Assembly: GCA_963705255.1 (NCBI GenBank)
Contig: OY970061.1
Location: 2,016,001 to 2,080,000, forward strand
DNA length: 64,000 nucleotides
From: an uncultured Methanoregulaceae archaeon
Lineage (GTDB): Archaea > Halobacteriota > Methanomicrobia > Methanomicrobiales > Methanospirillaceae
Reading direction: 5' to 3'
Position numbers and translations under genes: made by a program. Under the pieces are notes generated by a model, which was not told the origin of the DNA, searched no databases, and saw only the letters and a list, made by a program, of their open reading frames with translations. Of this stretch, positions 20,424-32,795 are shown in pieces (positions within the stretch are counted from its first letter, which is position 1; each line of letters begins with the position of its first letter).

Positions 20424-22239
20424 ATGAAGATACGAACCCGCACCCGACTGATTCTGGTAACCACATTGATCATTTTCCTGATTGTTTTGAGTTTCATCAC
20501 CCAGGCAATCATCCTCCAGTCGTTCGGAATTATTGAGAAGCAGGAGACCACATCCCATGTCCAGCGTTTTATTTCCCAGCTCAACAACGAGATAGAAACC
20601 GTGGCAGCCACCTGCCATGACTGGGCAGACCGCGATGAAACCGCGGCGATTTTTACAAACCCGGACGGGGAGCAGGATTCCTCGCGGCTCTTCCAGTCGG
20701 TCTCGATGAAAGACCTCGGAATCGATTACATCATCGTCTACAATGCCAGCGGGAACCGTGTTTTCTCCGAAACCATTTCCAGGAACGGAAATACTGTCGA
20801 GGATGCTCCTCTCGAACTTGACACCATCGTCCATGATAGTATACTACCCGAGGGATTTTCCGGGGGTGTCTCCGGACGGAGGGGGATCTCCTCCATCAAT
20901 AATGATCCCGTCATCCTTGTCGGTTATCCTGTCCTGTACGGTAACCCGTCTAATTCCACGGCGGGGACTCTCGTCATGGCCCGTCTCCTCGATTCTGAAA
21001 GGATCAGCGACATTGATACGATGCTTCAGCTGGACGCCACGCTCCTCCCCTACAACCCAAAAACTGCTGATGGAGTACTGTCAGCAGACGAATGGACGAA
21101 AGCAAAAGGGGGGGCGATCATTATCCGTCAGGCGGATGAAAACCATCTGGACGGATTTGCGATCATTACGGGAATAGAGAACGAGCCTTCGTTCTTCCTC
21201 CTGAAAATTGAGACCAACCGCCCGGTCTACCAGGAGGTCCAGAGATCAATCCTGATCGTTGCAACCGCCATCATCTTCCTCAGCATCGCGTTTTTAGTTG
21301 CGATCCAGCTCCTCCTCCAGGGGTTCGTCCTTGCCCCCCTGAATGAATTGGACAACGGTATGAAATCCATAGGAAGGTCCGGTGACCTTACCCTGCGGAT
21401 ACCCGAGAAAGGTGATGAGGAGATCGTCTCCCTCACCCACTCTCTCAACCAGATGCTCGGCCAGATCCAGCAGCAACAGGACGAACTGCATGACCTTCTG
21501 GAAGAGATCGAACAGCAGCGGGATGATCTCAGGGATGCAAGGGAGGTCCTCGCAGAACGAAACCGGGATCTTGAAGAGCTGAACAGGAAGGCAAACCTCT
21601 ACCTCGATATCTACCTCGATGCGATTACGTATGAAATCCTGAACGCGATCATGGGTCTTCGTGGGTATGCCGAACTGTTCCGCCACACGGCGCAGGATTC
21701 AGAGAGAATATTTGCAGATAAAATTATCGCGCTTGCCAAAAAGAGCGACGATGTCATCCGTAATATCGAGACGATCAGCCGCATCTACAAGAATCCCTCC
21801 GAAATAAAAGCGGTGGATCTTGCACCGATTATCAAAAAGGAGATGCAGTCCCGCCCAGGCATCCGCCTCATTATGGAAAACTGCAACCGGACGGTGCTTG
21901 CAAACGACATGCTGGGCGTAGTATTTGACAACCTCTTCTCAAACAGTCTTAAATTCGGAGGAATGGATACCGAGATTACGGTCACAGCCCGTGAGGTTCC
22001 TGAAGGATTATTGGAAATATCCGTCAGTGACACCGGGCCGGGCATTCCCGAGGCTATGAAACCGCTGGTGTTCGACCGGTTTATGCAGGATTCCCGCAAG
22101 CGGAGCAGTTACGGGCTCGGGCTCCATATCGTCAAGATGTTAATAGAGGGCTATGGTGGAAAGGTATGGGCCGATGACAGGATCCCGGGTGACCAGCAGT
22201 CAGGGTACTGCGATACGGTTTACGTTGCGGCTCGCCTGA
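20424..22239 (+). CDS. CHASE4-HAMP sensor histidine kinase (frameshift ~22204; true end likely ...GTAIRFTLRLA*)
   Basis: DWADRDET (CHASE4), HAMP EEIVSLTHSLNQML, NLFSNSLKF, DTGPGI, GLGLHIV. Confidence 0.9.
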
Positions 22240-22499
22240 ACGGGCCGGTTACAATCCTGACGGGGTGTGCAGATTGCATTCCCCTCCGATGCAACGCTGG
22301 AACCGGTAGCGGAATGCCAGGGAGGTGACAGGAAGATAGCGACTGATGAGGGACACAGCTGCCAGCGGTTCTGATAAATTGAGGTTGGCAGGAAATTGTA
22401 ATGAAGTGAAAAACCGGTCACCAACCACTCCTTATCTGAACCCGCAGATGCACCAGAACCTTTTTCCCCACCCGGCAGGATCGTTACATGAGAATTACC

Positions 22500-22973
22500 A
22501 TGACAATCAGGGTAGTCTATTACTCGTGGAAAGGGCACACGGAGAAGGTCGCAACTGCCCTCGCAAAGCTGCTGGATGCAGAGCTGGTACGGATAGAGCC
22601 GGTCCGTGACCGTGGCGTTGCAGGAAAAGCGATGAAGGCGTTCTTTGGGATGAAATCGCCAATCAAAACGACGAAGACCGATCTCACCGGTATTGACACT
22701 CTCGTCATCGCGAGCCCGGTCTGGGCCGGGAAAGTACCTGCGTACGTCAATACGTACCTCGATTCGGTTACGGGCGGCAGCGGAAAACCGTTCCACGTGC
22801 TCGTTGAGATGGGTGGCCGCGGCGACCAGTCCGCCATCACTGTCGTGAGAAAGGCGCTTGAGCAGAAGGGAATGACGTTTGTCTCGTCCGTATCGACCAT
22901 CGAAAAGGATATCGACAGCGGATCGTTCGCAGGGACTCTGGAAAAATTCGCAACCGGCATCCGGAAACAGTAA
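22500..22973 (+). CDS. Flavodoxin-like protein
   Basis: VVYYSWKGHTEKVA and ASPVWAG motifs. Confidence 0.9.
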   Translation: MTIRVVYYSWKGHTEKVATALAKLLDAELVRIEPVRDRGVAGKAMKAFFGMKSPIKTTKTDLTGIDTLVIASPVWAGKVPAYVNTYLDSVTGGSGKPFHVLVEMGGRGDQSAITVVRKALEQKGMTFVSSVSTIEKDIDSGSFAGTLEKFATGIRKQ

Positions 22974-23040
22974 CCCGGGAGATGCCGCACCGCCGGATTC
23001 TGGATTATTCACATAATCCAGTTCAGGAGTTTACAGGTAA

Positions 23041-23123
23041 TGCGAGAAGCAGGAGTTGAACCTGCGAACGCCTGCGCGAATCGATCTTGAGTCGATCACC
23101 GTTGACCACTTGGTTATTCTCGC
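23041..23123 (-). tRNA. tRNA-Leu (anticodon CAA), no intron, CCA not encoded
   Basis: Reverse strand GCGAGAA...TTCTCGC-A acceptor stem, anticodon arm ATCGA-CTCAAGA-TCGAT, long variable arm, T-arm GCAGG-TTCAACT-CCTGC. Confidence 0.95.
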
Positions 23124-23277
23124 TCAGATTGTATTTGGTGCGGAGCAGTATAAGCTTTTGAGTAGATGTATATTTTTCCAAAATTGTTGGTAAAACCCTG
23201 TCTCAATCACTGGTGGCCGGGCCTGGTTATCCCAGCGCCTGTGCAGGGTCGGCAAGGGAAAAGCCTGCGGTCACCGA

Positions 23278-26200
23278 TCACATAAAATCCGCAAGCCCGA
23301 GCTGCTGCTGTTTCTCCTCTCCGAACGTGGAGGTGATCGCAAGGTCAAGCACCTCGACCCGCTGCTTGGTATACTCGGAGACCTTGTATTTCCGGCAGAT
23401 CTCCCGGGACATTTCGAGGTATTTCTTCACCGAGCCTTCATGCACGGTGGGGATGATGTTGCCGTTGCAGATCCCTTTCCCCCTGAACTTCGTACATTTC
23501 CCGGCAAGCGGCATCCGCCGGTAGCTCGTGTTGCATTTCGTGCACCGGAACTTCTGCTTGGAGAACGCCGAGAGGTTGCCCATGAGGTCGCGGATGAAAT
23601 GCGTGGTGAGGACCCGTTCCGCCACGTCGTCCGCGTCAACGGCCCGGATCTTCTCGGCAAGTACCAGTTCGGCCCCGAGTTTGTCTGTCATGGTCTTGAG
23701 CTGGGTATACATGGACTCCAGCGGGCCGGCGGAGATATCGGAAGTATCGTGGGTGAACTGGAACCCCTCGACCTGCGCCGGCGTACCGACCCGTTTTTCC
23801 ACCCGGTCGATCAGTGCCGCAATGGTCTTGGGATCGGCGTAGGCGAGCGCACTGGTATAGAGTTCCAGAGGGTAATGATCGCAGACGTCTACGTTCAGGG
23901 CTTCCTTGTCGATCTCGGCGGGGTCGATCCTGCTCGTCAGCACCAGGGGAGCGTCCATCGACCCGCCCCGGTTCTGCGGCAGGAACGAACGCGAGAAGTT
24001 GATGAGCCCGTCGAGGAGGAGCATGATGCAGTCCTCGTCGCCATCGCACTGGCCGGTGAAGATGCCGTTGGCAACAAGGGTGTGGTCGTCCGCGACCGTC
24101 ATGCAGTAGACCCGTTCGTCCGGCGCCGGCACGGCATCAGCGGCAACGATGCGGTCGGCAAGAACGCACGATCCTTCGAAGACGGGTACCGCATCACCTG
24201 CTTTGAGCTCCACCGCCCTGATCTTCCTCAGGTAACCGGTGTCCCAGACAAGCATCGCGTGATCGGGGGTCACAACGAGCTCTTTTCCCCGTGAGGTCGT
24301 GAACCGGATCAGCGAGGCGGGGGAGCGGTGGATGGACACCGACGTGATCCTGCGGAGATGGATCTGGCCGCCGGTATCCACGGTCCGGGTGAGGAAAGGG
24401 AGGGCCGGGTCCGAATAATAGGTTCCGAGTCGGTCTAGGCCGGGGCGGGTCAGGTCGAAGTTCTCCAGCACGAACTTCCGTATCTGGCATTTCGTCCAGC
24501 TCTTCCCGTCGTAGACCTCGACCGTGGTATCGCCATAGAAGCAGTTGCGGCGCTTTGCAGCATGGAAGAACGGGTGGGCATATCCTACATTCGCACGCGT
24601 GAATCCGACGATCCGGGCGAGGACCCCGGCGCTCGTGTGCGGGGCGAGCCCGATGACGAGGTGCCCGACGAGATCGGCTGGCTCTTTCACATTGTAGAAC
24701 GGCTCAAGCCCGTAACACTTGACGAGCAGGTCGTCCATGAACTGCGCCACGCTGACCATGTACTCGGCGCAGGAGTCGGAGACAAGGATGTCCTGCGGGT
24801 GGATCTCCACGACCTGCGAACCGTTCTGGAGGTCATATCCCCGCGTATCCCTGACATAGCCGAGCGAGCGGAGTTTTGATACGGAGACCCGCACTTCGTC
24901 CGGGCGGATGTGGGTGAGGGGCAGATCGATCATATCGAACCTTGTTGTGCCGTCCTTGAAGACAAAGATATTGCGGGCAGCCCGGAGGATCCCTTTTTCC
25001 ATAGCCTCCACGGTCTTTTCCCGTGAGATCACCCCTTTCACCCCTTTCACGAGCGCGACGCTGTCTACCTTAAGGCCCAGCCGTTCCATCACCTTTGCGT
25101 ATTCCGCCTTCATATTCAGGGTGACCCGCTGGCTGCAGCTGGTGGGGACGTTGCACGCCGGGCAGCGGTCAACCGTTGTCTCCCTCCCGCACTTGGGGCA
25201 GGTGGTGATGGGAACGGTGTGGGCGCCGCACTTCTCGCACCGGTTCAGGTACGTGATCTCCTGGCACCCGCTGCACCGCCGTCTCCCGACTTCTATCTCG
25301 ATGATCCCGCCCTCTTTCTGGAAGTCGAGGTCGGTGTTGTTCGCGTCCACCTCCGCCGTATGGGCAGATGCAGACTGGAACGAGCGGCGGTTGCCACCGG
25401 AGTCCCCGAGCGGGAAGAGTACGTGCGGCGGCGGATTCATCTTGCGGGGCTTGGATTTCCCGGGCCTGCCCATGCGCCCGCCGATCCGGGTCCCGGACCG
25501 GGACCTGAGCCGGAACCCGGACAGGTGGGTGACGAGGTCCAGGGGTTTTTCCGGCAGCGGTTCGTTCCAGACCGCCTGTTTCTTCAGGTTCCCGTCAAGG
25601 CCCAGGCAGGCGATAAGCGAGCGGTAGTTCCTGATCTTCACGACTCCTTCCCACACTTCATGGGGGATGAGGAGCTCTTCGAGAATAATCTTTATTTCCG
25701 GTTCCTGCGGGAGGTGGAGGCAGTTGTCCTGCACCGTACCGCTGCCGGATACGGCCCCGGCGAGGGACGCGATCTGCCCGGCCGTGATATCGTCCCAGAA
25801 CCAGGTGTACGCGGGGTGGAGGTAACCCCCTGCCCGGGCGAGGGCGAGCGCCTCATTCTCGTCGGCCGGCGGTTTTGTGCCAGGTCCGGTGTCAAGCAGC
25901 CACCACTCCTCGCAGTACCCGGCAGGGACGAGCGGGTGGTTGTTCTCGAGGAACTCGCCAAACGATATGAGGATCTCCCCGACATCGAGGATCCTCTCGA
26001 CCGAGGGGGAAAGTGTCTTAGCGGTGACCTCGTCATCGATGCGGAGCACCGTGCCCCCGGTGAGGCGGACGGTTGGCCCCTCGATCGAATCGACCGGCAC
26101 CACGCCGCACGCCTTGCCCGGGCGCTCGGTCTTCATCTGCGTGCCGACCGCAAGAAATTCCCCGAGGATGTGCAGGGTCGCCGGGTGGAGCCCGGCAGCG

Positions 26201-27189
26201 GCAAACCCCGTGTTCCGCGATCTCCCGTACCGGAGCCGGAACCCGCCTTTGCGCATCGGGTACGCAAAGACGGGGCGGCCGCCGATAAGGTCGCGGAGGT
26301 ACTTGTCGAGAGGTCTGATACCGGCCGTCTTCTCGCTCTCGCCGGATTTTGCCCCGGCAATGAGCTTGTCCAGCCAGTCCCAGCCCCCCATCTTCATCTT
26401 CTCGACCCGGCTCTTGAGCTTGCGTGCCTTGCCGGCGATGCCTTCCCCGATCACGAGGGCCATGCCGCCCCGCACGACATTCGTCTCCACCCTCTCGAGG
26501 TTCCGGTGCCCCGAAACCTCCTCCTGCTCGGTCGCTTCGCCATCGATGCAGACCGGGCAGTTCTCGATGATGAGCCGGATCTCCGCCTCGCTCGGCAGGT
26601 ACTGGAGGTTCATGATGGAGTTGTACTGCCGGATCTCCTCGATGTAGCGCTCAACCTCCTCCTGCCGGGGGATGTACCGCCCGATCCCGAGCTTCTGGCG
26701 GACGTAGTCCCCTACGAGCACCGACAGTGCCTGGGCAGTACCGCCGGCACTCCGGATCGGTCCTGCGTAATAGATCATCAGGTACCGGGTCCCGTCATCG
26801 TTCCTGCCGAGCCCGATCTTCGCGATCCCTTCCGTCGGTGCTGCCACGACACCTTCGGTCAGGAGTGCCATGGCGGTGCGGATGGAATGGTCGAGGATCT
26901 CGTCAGTGTTCTTTTCGCCGAACTTTCTCGCGACAAAATCATCGCCGATGCGGAGTGCGACCTCCTCGCGGGACATCTGCTGCTCGAGCTCGCGGATACG
27001 TACCGCAACTCCTTTGATCCCGAGAAGGGCTTCCACACGGTCGGCGAGATCGCTTGCGATGGGGATCTCGACATCCGTTGTCGGGTCGAGGTCGCGGGAA
27101 CGCGCCTCCTTGGCTATCGCAATTGCGCGGAGGAGCTCGTCCATCAGGGACTTTTCGTACGCCTCCATCGCGGGCGAGAGCACAAGCAT
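23278..27189 (-). CDS. polC: DNA polymerase D large subunit DP2, intein-containing
   Basis: [49 protein letters not shown]-[intein]-CDGDED; start placed at MLVLSP. Confidence 0.97.
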   Translation of the reverse strand: MLVLSPAMEAYEKSLMDELLRAIAIAKEARSRDLDPTTDVEIPIASDLADRVEALLGIKGVAVRIRELEQQMSREEVALRIGDDFVARKFGEKNTDEILDHSIRTAMALLTEGVVAAPTEGIAKIGLGRNDDGTRYLMIYYAGPIRSAGGTAQALSVLVGDYVRQKLGIGRYIPRQEEVERYIEEIRQYNSIMNLQYLPSEAEIRLIIENCPVCIDGEATEQEEVSGHRNLERVETNVVRGGMALVIGEGIAGKARKLKSRVEKMKMGGWDWLDKLIAGAKSGESEKTAGIRPLDKYLRDLIGGRPVFAYPMRKGGFRLRYGRSRNTGFAAAGLHPATLHILGEFLAVGTQMKTERPGKACGVVPVDSIEGPTVRLTGGTVLRIDDEVTAKTLSPSVERILDVGEILISFGEFLENNHPLVPAGYCEEWWLLDTGPGTKPPADENEALALARAGGYLHPAYTWFWDDITAGQIASLAGAVSGSGTVQDNCLHLPQEPEIKIILEELLIPHEVWEGVVKIRNYRSLIACLGLDGNLKKQAVWNEPLPEKPLDLVTHLSGFRLRSRSGTRIGGRMGRPGKSKPRKMNPPPHVLFPLGDSGGNRRSFQSASAHTAEVDANNTDLDFQKEGGIIEIEVGRRRCSGCQEITYLNRCEKCGAHTVPITTCPKCGRETTVDRCPACNVPTSCSQRVTLNMKAEYAKVMERLGLKVDSVALVKGVKGVISREKTVEAMEKGILRAARNIFVFKDGTTRFDMIDLPLTHIRPDEVRVSVSKLRSLGYVRDTRGYDLQNGSQVVEIHPQDILVSDSCAEYMVSVAQFMDDLLVKCYGLEPFYNVKEPADLVGHLVIGLAPHTSAGVLARIVGFTRANVGYAHPFFHAAKRRNCFYGDTTVEVYDGKSWTKCQIRKFVLENFDLTRPGLDRLGTYYSDPALPFLTRTVDTGGQIHLRRITSVSIHRSPASLIRFTTSRGKELVVTPDHAMLVWDTGYLRKIRAVELKAGDAVPVFEGSCVLADRIVAADAVPAPDERVYCMTVADDHTLVANGIFTGQCDGDEDCIMLLLDGLINFSRSFLPQNRGGSMDAPLVLTSRIDPAEIDKEALNVDVCDHYPLELYTSALAYADPKTIAALIDRVEKRVGTPAQVEGFQFTHDTSDISAGPLESMYTQLKTMTDKLGAELVLAEKIRAVDADDVAERVLTTHFIRDLMGNLSAFSKQKFRCTKCNTSYRRMPLAGKCTKFRGKGICNGNIIPTVHEGSVKKYLEMSREICRKYKVSEYTKQRVEVLDLAITSTFGEEKQQQLGLADFM
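24049..24543 (-). mobile_element. Mini-intein (165 aa, no homing endonuclease) in DP2
   Basis: Begins CFYGDT after KRRN, block B VTPDH, ends ANGIFTGQ before the extein Cys of CDGDED. Confidence 0.93.
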
Positions 27190-27384
27190 ACCGGTACGAT
27201 GGGTGGGAGGAGATTTATGGGTTCGGTTTCGGGACCGCTCGTACGACCGTGGTTCAGTTCTTAAAAAAGTTTGGGAATGATCAATAATCAGCCCCGAATG
27301 CGGCGACAACTTCATATTTTTTAGTCTGTAAAAATCCATTTTCGTGTATTATGATTCCCCCCCTCTTGCGCCACCAGAGTCGCA

Positions 27385-27590
27385 GAGCCACAGGCTCTTC
27401 TCCAGCCTGCTCTTTCAAAGAGCAGCCTTCCCCCGATGGGGGATGATGAGGGTCTTCAGACCCGAAGCAGGAGAAGAACGGGAACCGTTCTTCGACCCGG
27501 GGCGCATTGGGATGACACCAGAATAGGTAATACGGCACTATCGCAATTGGGGGGTGCCCGAGCGGCGGGGGCGTAGCCCCCGAGAGCGGA
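27385..27590. repeat. Tandem-GA hairpin repeat, cluster A
   Basis: 27448-27495 GA-GGGTC-ttca-GACCC-GA-agcag-GA-GAAGAACGG-gaa-CCGTTCTTC-GA; 27448-27474 matches 44754-44780 at 25/27. Confidence 0.8.
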
Positions 27591-27699
27591 TTTCTTATGA
27601 TTTTGACTTCAATTGATTGGGTATTTGCTTTTCTCATTACCAATTTGGGGGCAGATGTTTTAAAATTACCAAAAGTTTTTAGAGATACTGCTCCCGCAG

Positions 27700-28239
27700 T
27701 CACTCTTTGTCCTGTATGCTCTCCACTATCGACGGCAGCCCCGTCTCGCCCATCTGCCAGAGGGTCAGCGTTGCGCAGGACCTCATGACTCCATCAGCAT
27801 CTGCAAGCCGGCGCGTGAGGGGTTCAACCGCGGGCTTTCCGATCCTGCACAAGGCAAGCGAGAGGACTCCCCTCAGCTCCCGGTCGTCGCTTCCCATCGC
27901 ATCGATCAGGGGCTCGACTGCAGGCCCTCCCATTCCGCCCAGTGCTGCCGCCGCATAGCGCCGGAACTCCTTATCCGTGTTCTCTTTCATGGCCGTAATA
28001 ACCGGGATTACCGCCGGCCCGCCGATTTTTGAAAGTGTCACTGCCACATACCAGCGCTGATCGTTATCCTCTGCTTCCGCAAGGAACCGGATCAGGGCTG
28101 CCACCGCAGGCTCCCCGCAGGCTGCAAGACCTGCTACCGCATTGTGCCGCTCATCGATGGACGGGTCACCAAATGCAGCGATAAGCCGCCTGATCTCTGT
28201 TGCGGGGGGTTTCCTCGTTTTCTTGCTTTTCGGGTTCAT
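27700..28239 (-). CDS. HEAT/PBS-lyase-like repeat protein
   Basis: Repeats of R..AA.ALG.MG.PAV.PLI. Confidence 0.9.
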   Translation of the reverse strand: MNPKSKKTRKPPATEIRRLIAAFGDPSIDERHNAVAGLAACGEPAVAALIRFLAEAEDNDQRWYVAVTLSKIGGPAVIPVITAMKENTDKEFRRYAAAALGGMGGPAVEPLIDAMGSDDRELRGVLSLALCRIGKPAVEPLTRRLADADGVMRSCATLTLWQMGETGLPSIVESIQDKE

Positions 28240-28313
28240 ACAACGACGCTCGGCTATCGTTATTCTCTGTGTTGTTCCTCCTTATAGAAGAAGTGTGGGG
28301 AACTGGTCGTATC

Positions 28314-29442
28314 TCAGGCAAAACCCAGGATCGCCGGAACAAACAGGATACCAAAAACGAGGACCATCAGGGCAAGTCCGATCGGGATACCGGTCCTTGC
28401 CCATTCTGCGCTCGTGATCTCCAGTTTACCTGCAGCAATAATATTCGGAATGTTCCCCGGGATCAGCATTCCTCCCGCTATCATGAGTCCCATGAGGGCG
28501 CCCACAACCTGCTGGAGCGAGAGGGCGGGACTTATCTCAGCAGCGGCAAGCGTCGCATTGTCGAGGACGGCCGAGATGATATTGATCCAGTACAGGCCAG
28601 CCCCCGGGATCATGGCGATATATCCCAGGATCAGGGGCCTGAACCCCTCGCCAAGGAATATGAGGGCCATGATGAAGAGGTAGACCTTGCCGGCACGGAC
28701 CACTATGTCAGCCAATTTTTCGCGTTCAATGATACATTCCAGCAGGGTGTCTCCGGTATGGGATCTCCGGAAGAGAACGAGTCCGACGATCCCGAGACCG
28801 AAGACCGAGGGAACAATGTACAGTCCCAGGTTCTGGAGGAGGAACCCGAACCCGGCATGGTACGGTTCGCCGGAAAGTTTGGAGACGACGATGGTCGAGA
28901 GCGGTTCTCCAAGGGGTGTCAGACCGGCACCGAGACCGATAGAGAAACATGCGACAACTGCAAGTTCGATCTTCGACCGCCTCCCGACCGGGAGGGCATT
29001 GACGATCTCGACAAGGATGATGGCCGCAAGGATCGCCGAAATGATGCTCGAGACAAGTCCGAGAATGATGATCACGGAGGGCACGATAACCGTGAGGGGG
29101 ACGGTCTCGATCAGCCGGGTGAATACGTCCTGCAGCTGAGGGTGAAAGAGATAGATCACGATTCCTACGATGAGGACGATCTGGACTATCCCGACGGGAA
29201 TACCTGCTATTGTTGCGATATTGAGCGGGATGGTCAGCGATTCAAGGACGATACGGGCACTCCAGACCGGTGGTCTCGCCGGGAATAACTGCAAACCCGG
29301 AGAGCGTGAGCGCAACGGTCCCGCAGAGAAACAGGAACAATTCCAGGTTCCGTTCAATGATCTTTACTCTGAATGGCAGGACCAGTACAAGGATGAAGAT
29401 GATCAGGAGTCCGGTATTGACAAAAACATCCACCTGTCCCAT
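28314..29442 (-). CDS. DUF1646-like IT-superfamily membrane protein (putative cation transporter); frameshift ~29245
   Basis: IERNLELFLFLCG, GAGLTPLGEPLSTI, SAVLDNATLAAAEI, GGMLIPGNIPNII. Confidence 0.8.
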
Positions 29443-29834
29443 CCCCGGTTATTCCGCCCGGTACCTGCCGGTCGCTGGTCTTTAGGTTGTGCGGCCATGA
29501 GATTAATGGATTCCTTTTTCTGCAGCCGGGTGGAAAGAACCGTAAGGGTATGACCTTCGGGTAAGAAAGTATATATCCAACCTCGGGGGAATACACCAAT
29601 TGATCGTTTCTGGAGCGGTAAAAATGACCCGGGACATCACCGCGATCATCGGGACCATGCGGAACAATGCCGTAGGAAGGTGCAGGGAGCGGATCGAGCA
29701 GGCCGCCTGGAAAGCCCGGGAACTTGCTGCGGGCGGACACAAGGCTGATGCGAAGAAGGAGCCGCTGAACAGCGAACCTCAGTGCGGCGTCACGAGCATT
29801 TTGAAGCGAAGGCATGGCTTATAGGGGAGGAACC

Positions 29835-30155
29835 ATGGAAGATGAAAAAACCCTGCTCCAGCAGATACGGGAAAAGGAGCAGGAATTCACCAGGAAGATC
29901 GATATGGTCAGGGCCGAGACCGAGGCTGCAGTCGCTGCCGCAAGGTCGGACGCGGAAGACCTGCTCTGTACTGCGGACAGCGCCGGGAAAACTGCTGCCG
30001 AGCAGCTGTACTGGAAAGAGAAAGGGAAGGCAGAGATTGAGATAGAAGAGCTGAAAAAAACGGCCGCAACCGAGAGCGAGGCAGTATCTGAACGGGGAAA
30101 ACGGAACCTTGCCGCTGCGGTGAAAAGGGTTGTCGGCTATGTGACGTTGGAATAG
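29835..30155 (+). CDS. atpH: V/A-type ATPase peripheral stalk subunit G/H
   Basis: ~106-aa coiled coil immediately upstream of subunit I; GGAGG RBS. Confidence 0.75.
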   Translation: MEDEKTLLQQIREKEQEFTRKIDMVRAETEAAVAAARSDAEDLLCTADSAGKTAAEQLYWKEKGKAEIEIEELKKTAATESEAVSERGKRNLAAAVKRVVGYVTLE

Positions 30156-30182
30156 TCCGGAACGATTCCGGAGAGGAGTGGT

Positions 30183-32130
30183 ATGCTCCAGAGGATGAAA
30201 CGAATCCAGGTTATCGGGCCAAGGGAAGATCTCAACCGGGCAGTCGATGTGTTGTACAATGCCGGCACCGTTCATCTCGAAGATGCACCGTCGCTGATCT
30301 CCCCGGATGAAATTCCCCTCACCCCGGTGAAACTGGAGACGGTGAATGATATCTCCGAGGTCCTGGGCAAGATCAACGGGATATTTGGTACATTGCCCAG
30401 GACTGCCGACGATCCGGAAGGCCAGCAGACGGTCCGTGCGTCCTTGGAGAACAAGAGCCACGAAGAGCTCATAGCGAAGGCACGGGACATCATCCGCGAG
30501 CTCGAAACAACTACGCGCGACCTGACGGCAAAAAAAAGCGAACTCACGCTCTCGATCACCGCACTGAACCGGTATGCCCGGGTCCTTGAGATCATCCAGC
30601 CGGTAGAAAAAGAACTGCCGCTGCTCGAAGGGTTCGAGATTACCATCTTACTCATCCAGAAAGAACACAGCGAAGTCCTGGAGATCATACGAAAAGAACT
30701 CAACACGCTTACCCACGACCAGTTCGAGATGACCTCTACCACGGTCGATGCCGATACGCTTGCGGCCATCATGGTCTTCAACCGGCGGTACTCCGAGCAG
30801 GTCCACTCGTTTATTTATTCGGTCAATGTGAACGAAGTGCGGCTGCCACAGGAATATTCGGGAAGGCCTTTTTACGAGATGTTCGCCCTCATCGGGGAGA
30901 GCAAACTACGGGCACAGGAGGATATCAGAAAAATTGATGAACAGCTCCTCGCCCTTGCCTCAGTCTGGTACCAGGAACTGGTAGTGCTGAAAAAGCGCCT
31001 TGAGGACATCAACGGGGAACTGGGAGCATACCGGAACTTCGGGTTGTCCGAGTAACATCTTTGTTATCATGGGCTGGATCCCAAAAAAATACCTGCAGCG
31101 CACCCGGCTGGCGGTCAGGGAAGTCTTTGGCGAGCGGGTCGCCGTCATCGAACTGGACCCGAGCGGAAAAGAGATGGAGAAGGCCCCGGTCTTTTACGAT
31201 AACCCGTGGTGGGTAAAACCCTTCGAGTTTATCATGCAGCTCGTCTCCCCGCCCCGGTACCGGGAGGTGGACCCGTCCCCGATCCTCGCGATCTTTTTCC
31301 CGATCTTTTTTGGTATGATGGTCGGTGATATCGGGTACGGACTTATCATATTCTTCTTTGCCCTGGCTCTTAAAAACCGGTTCAAGAAAATGGATTTTAT
31401 CGTCAGTCTCTCCGGTATCCTCATGATCTCTTCGATCCCCACCATCATCTTCGGGTTCCTGTACGGGGAATTTTTCGGGGATTTCGGGGAATCCCTGGGC
31501 TGGCTCCACCCGGTCACGTTCCTTGGGATAACCTGGAACCGTACAGAGGCGGTGATCCCCATGCTCCTCTTTGCCATTACCGTCGGGGTCATTCATGTTC
31601 TGTTAGGGCTGGTCATCGGGATCCGGAATGCCGTGATCACCAAAAGCAGGAAGCACCTTTGTGAAAAATGCGGCATGCTTTTCATGATCATCGCGATCAT
31701 CGCCCTCATCCTGGTGCTTGGCGGATTTATCCCGCAGGGGGGCATGTACCCGGCGGTACTGTTGATCGTTGTCGCCCTGCCACTCATCATCTACGGCGCC
31801 GGTGTGTTCGGCACCATCGAGATCATGAGTACCGTGGGAAACATCCTCTCGTACGCGCGGCTGATGGCGATCGGCATGGCCTCGGTCATCCTTGCCATGG
31901 TTGCCAACCAGCTCGGCGGGGCGCTCGGGTTCGTGATTATCGGTGTCATCGTGGCGATCCTGCTGCATGCGCTCAACATCGTGCTGGCCATGTTCAGCCC
32001 GTCGATTCATTCCGTGCGACTGCACCTCGTGGAGTTCTTCTCAAAATTTTACGAGGGCGGCGGGATAGTGTACAGACCGTTTAAAAAAGAGATCGCCGAA
32101 GTGAACCCCCCGCCGCCTTCCCCGCAATAA
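30183..32130 (+). CDS. atpI: V/A-type ATPase subunit I (a); frameshift ~31053
   Basis: MKRIQVIG, GWIP, EVDPSP, FGMMVGDIGYG, ILSYARLMA, RLHLVEFFSKFYEGGG. Confidence 0.95.
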
Positions 32131-32133
32131 GTA

Positions 32134-32793
32134 TTACCTGCCGGCCTGTTTTTTCTTCGCAGCTTTTTTCTTCCTCTCCATGATGCTCTTGACCTTTTTC
32201 AGCCTGAACAGGTCCTCCCGCTCCCGTTCCTCGATGGCATTCTTGATGTATTTTGCCTGGCTCTTCAGCTCCGGGATCAGGATCTGTTCAAGGGCATTCA
32301 CCCTGCGCCGGTTCATCTGGATCTCCGCCCCGAGCCGTCTCATGGCCGTCTCCGTCTCTGCAAGTTTTATCAGGAGGTCGAGTTCTATCTCGTACCGCTC
32401 GGCGGCCTCGTCGATCCTCGCGCTGGTCGAGATGATGTCATACCCCCTCTCGAGCATGGTCTTTGAGACCCGTTTCTTCTCGATGACCGGGACCGGCACT
32501 CCCATGATATTTTTTCCGGTGATGTCGACGGTGATGGACCTCCGGGTTGCGAAGGTGGCGGATTTCAGGGTGACCGGATCATCGACCGCCTGGGCGATCA
32601 GGAGCGCGAGGTCTGCTGCGCGGGAGACCTGCTCGAGTTCGTCCCGCGATTCGGAGACCGAATTGAGGATCTTGAAGAATTCCTGGATCAGCGCGTCCAT
32701 CTTCTCCCTGAGGAGGTCCCTCCCCTGCTCGGCGAGTTTGATCTGGGCCTTTTTCCGGATCAGCTCCATCCTCGTGGGCTTCACCTGCTCCAT
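32134..32793 (-). CDS. atpD: V/A-type ATPase subunit D
   Basis: KPTRMELI, RRRVNALE, EEREREDLFRLK. Confidence 0.97.
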   Translation of the reverse strand: MEQVKPTRMELIRKKAQIKLAEQGRDLLREKMDALIQEFFKILNSVSESRDELEQVSRAADLALLIAQAVDDPVTLKSATFATRRSITVDITGKNIMGVPVPVIEKKRVSKTMLERGYDIISTSARIDEAAERYEIELDLLIKLAETETAMRRLGAEIQMNRRRVNALEQILIPELKSQAKYIKNAIEEREREDLFRLKKVKSIMERKKKAAKKKQAGR

Positions 32794-32795
32794 GG

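Noticed and set aside
23041-23123. tRNA-Leu as integration site of an island
   Set aside because: I found no duplicated tRNA 3' end and no integrase in the window
12423-27264. Long antisense ORFs (e.g. 12423..13949, 25219..27264; also 6074..7315, 62125..63483)
   Set aside because: Shadow frames opposite well-supported GC-rich genes, with no recognisable motifs
27443-27465. Box C/D sRNA (ATGATGA ... CCGA)
   Set aside because: Box C is not conserved in the other repeat copies and there is no room for guide regions
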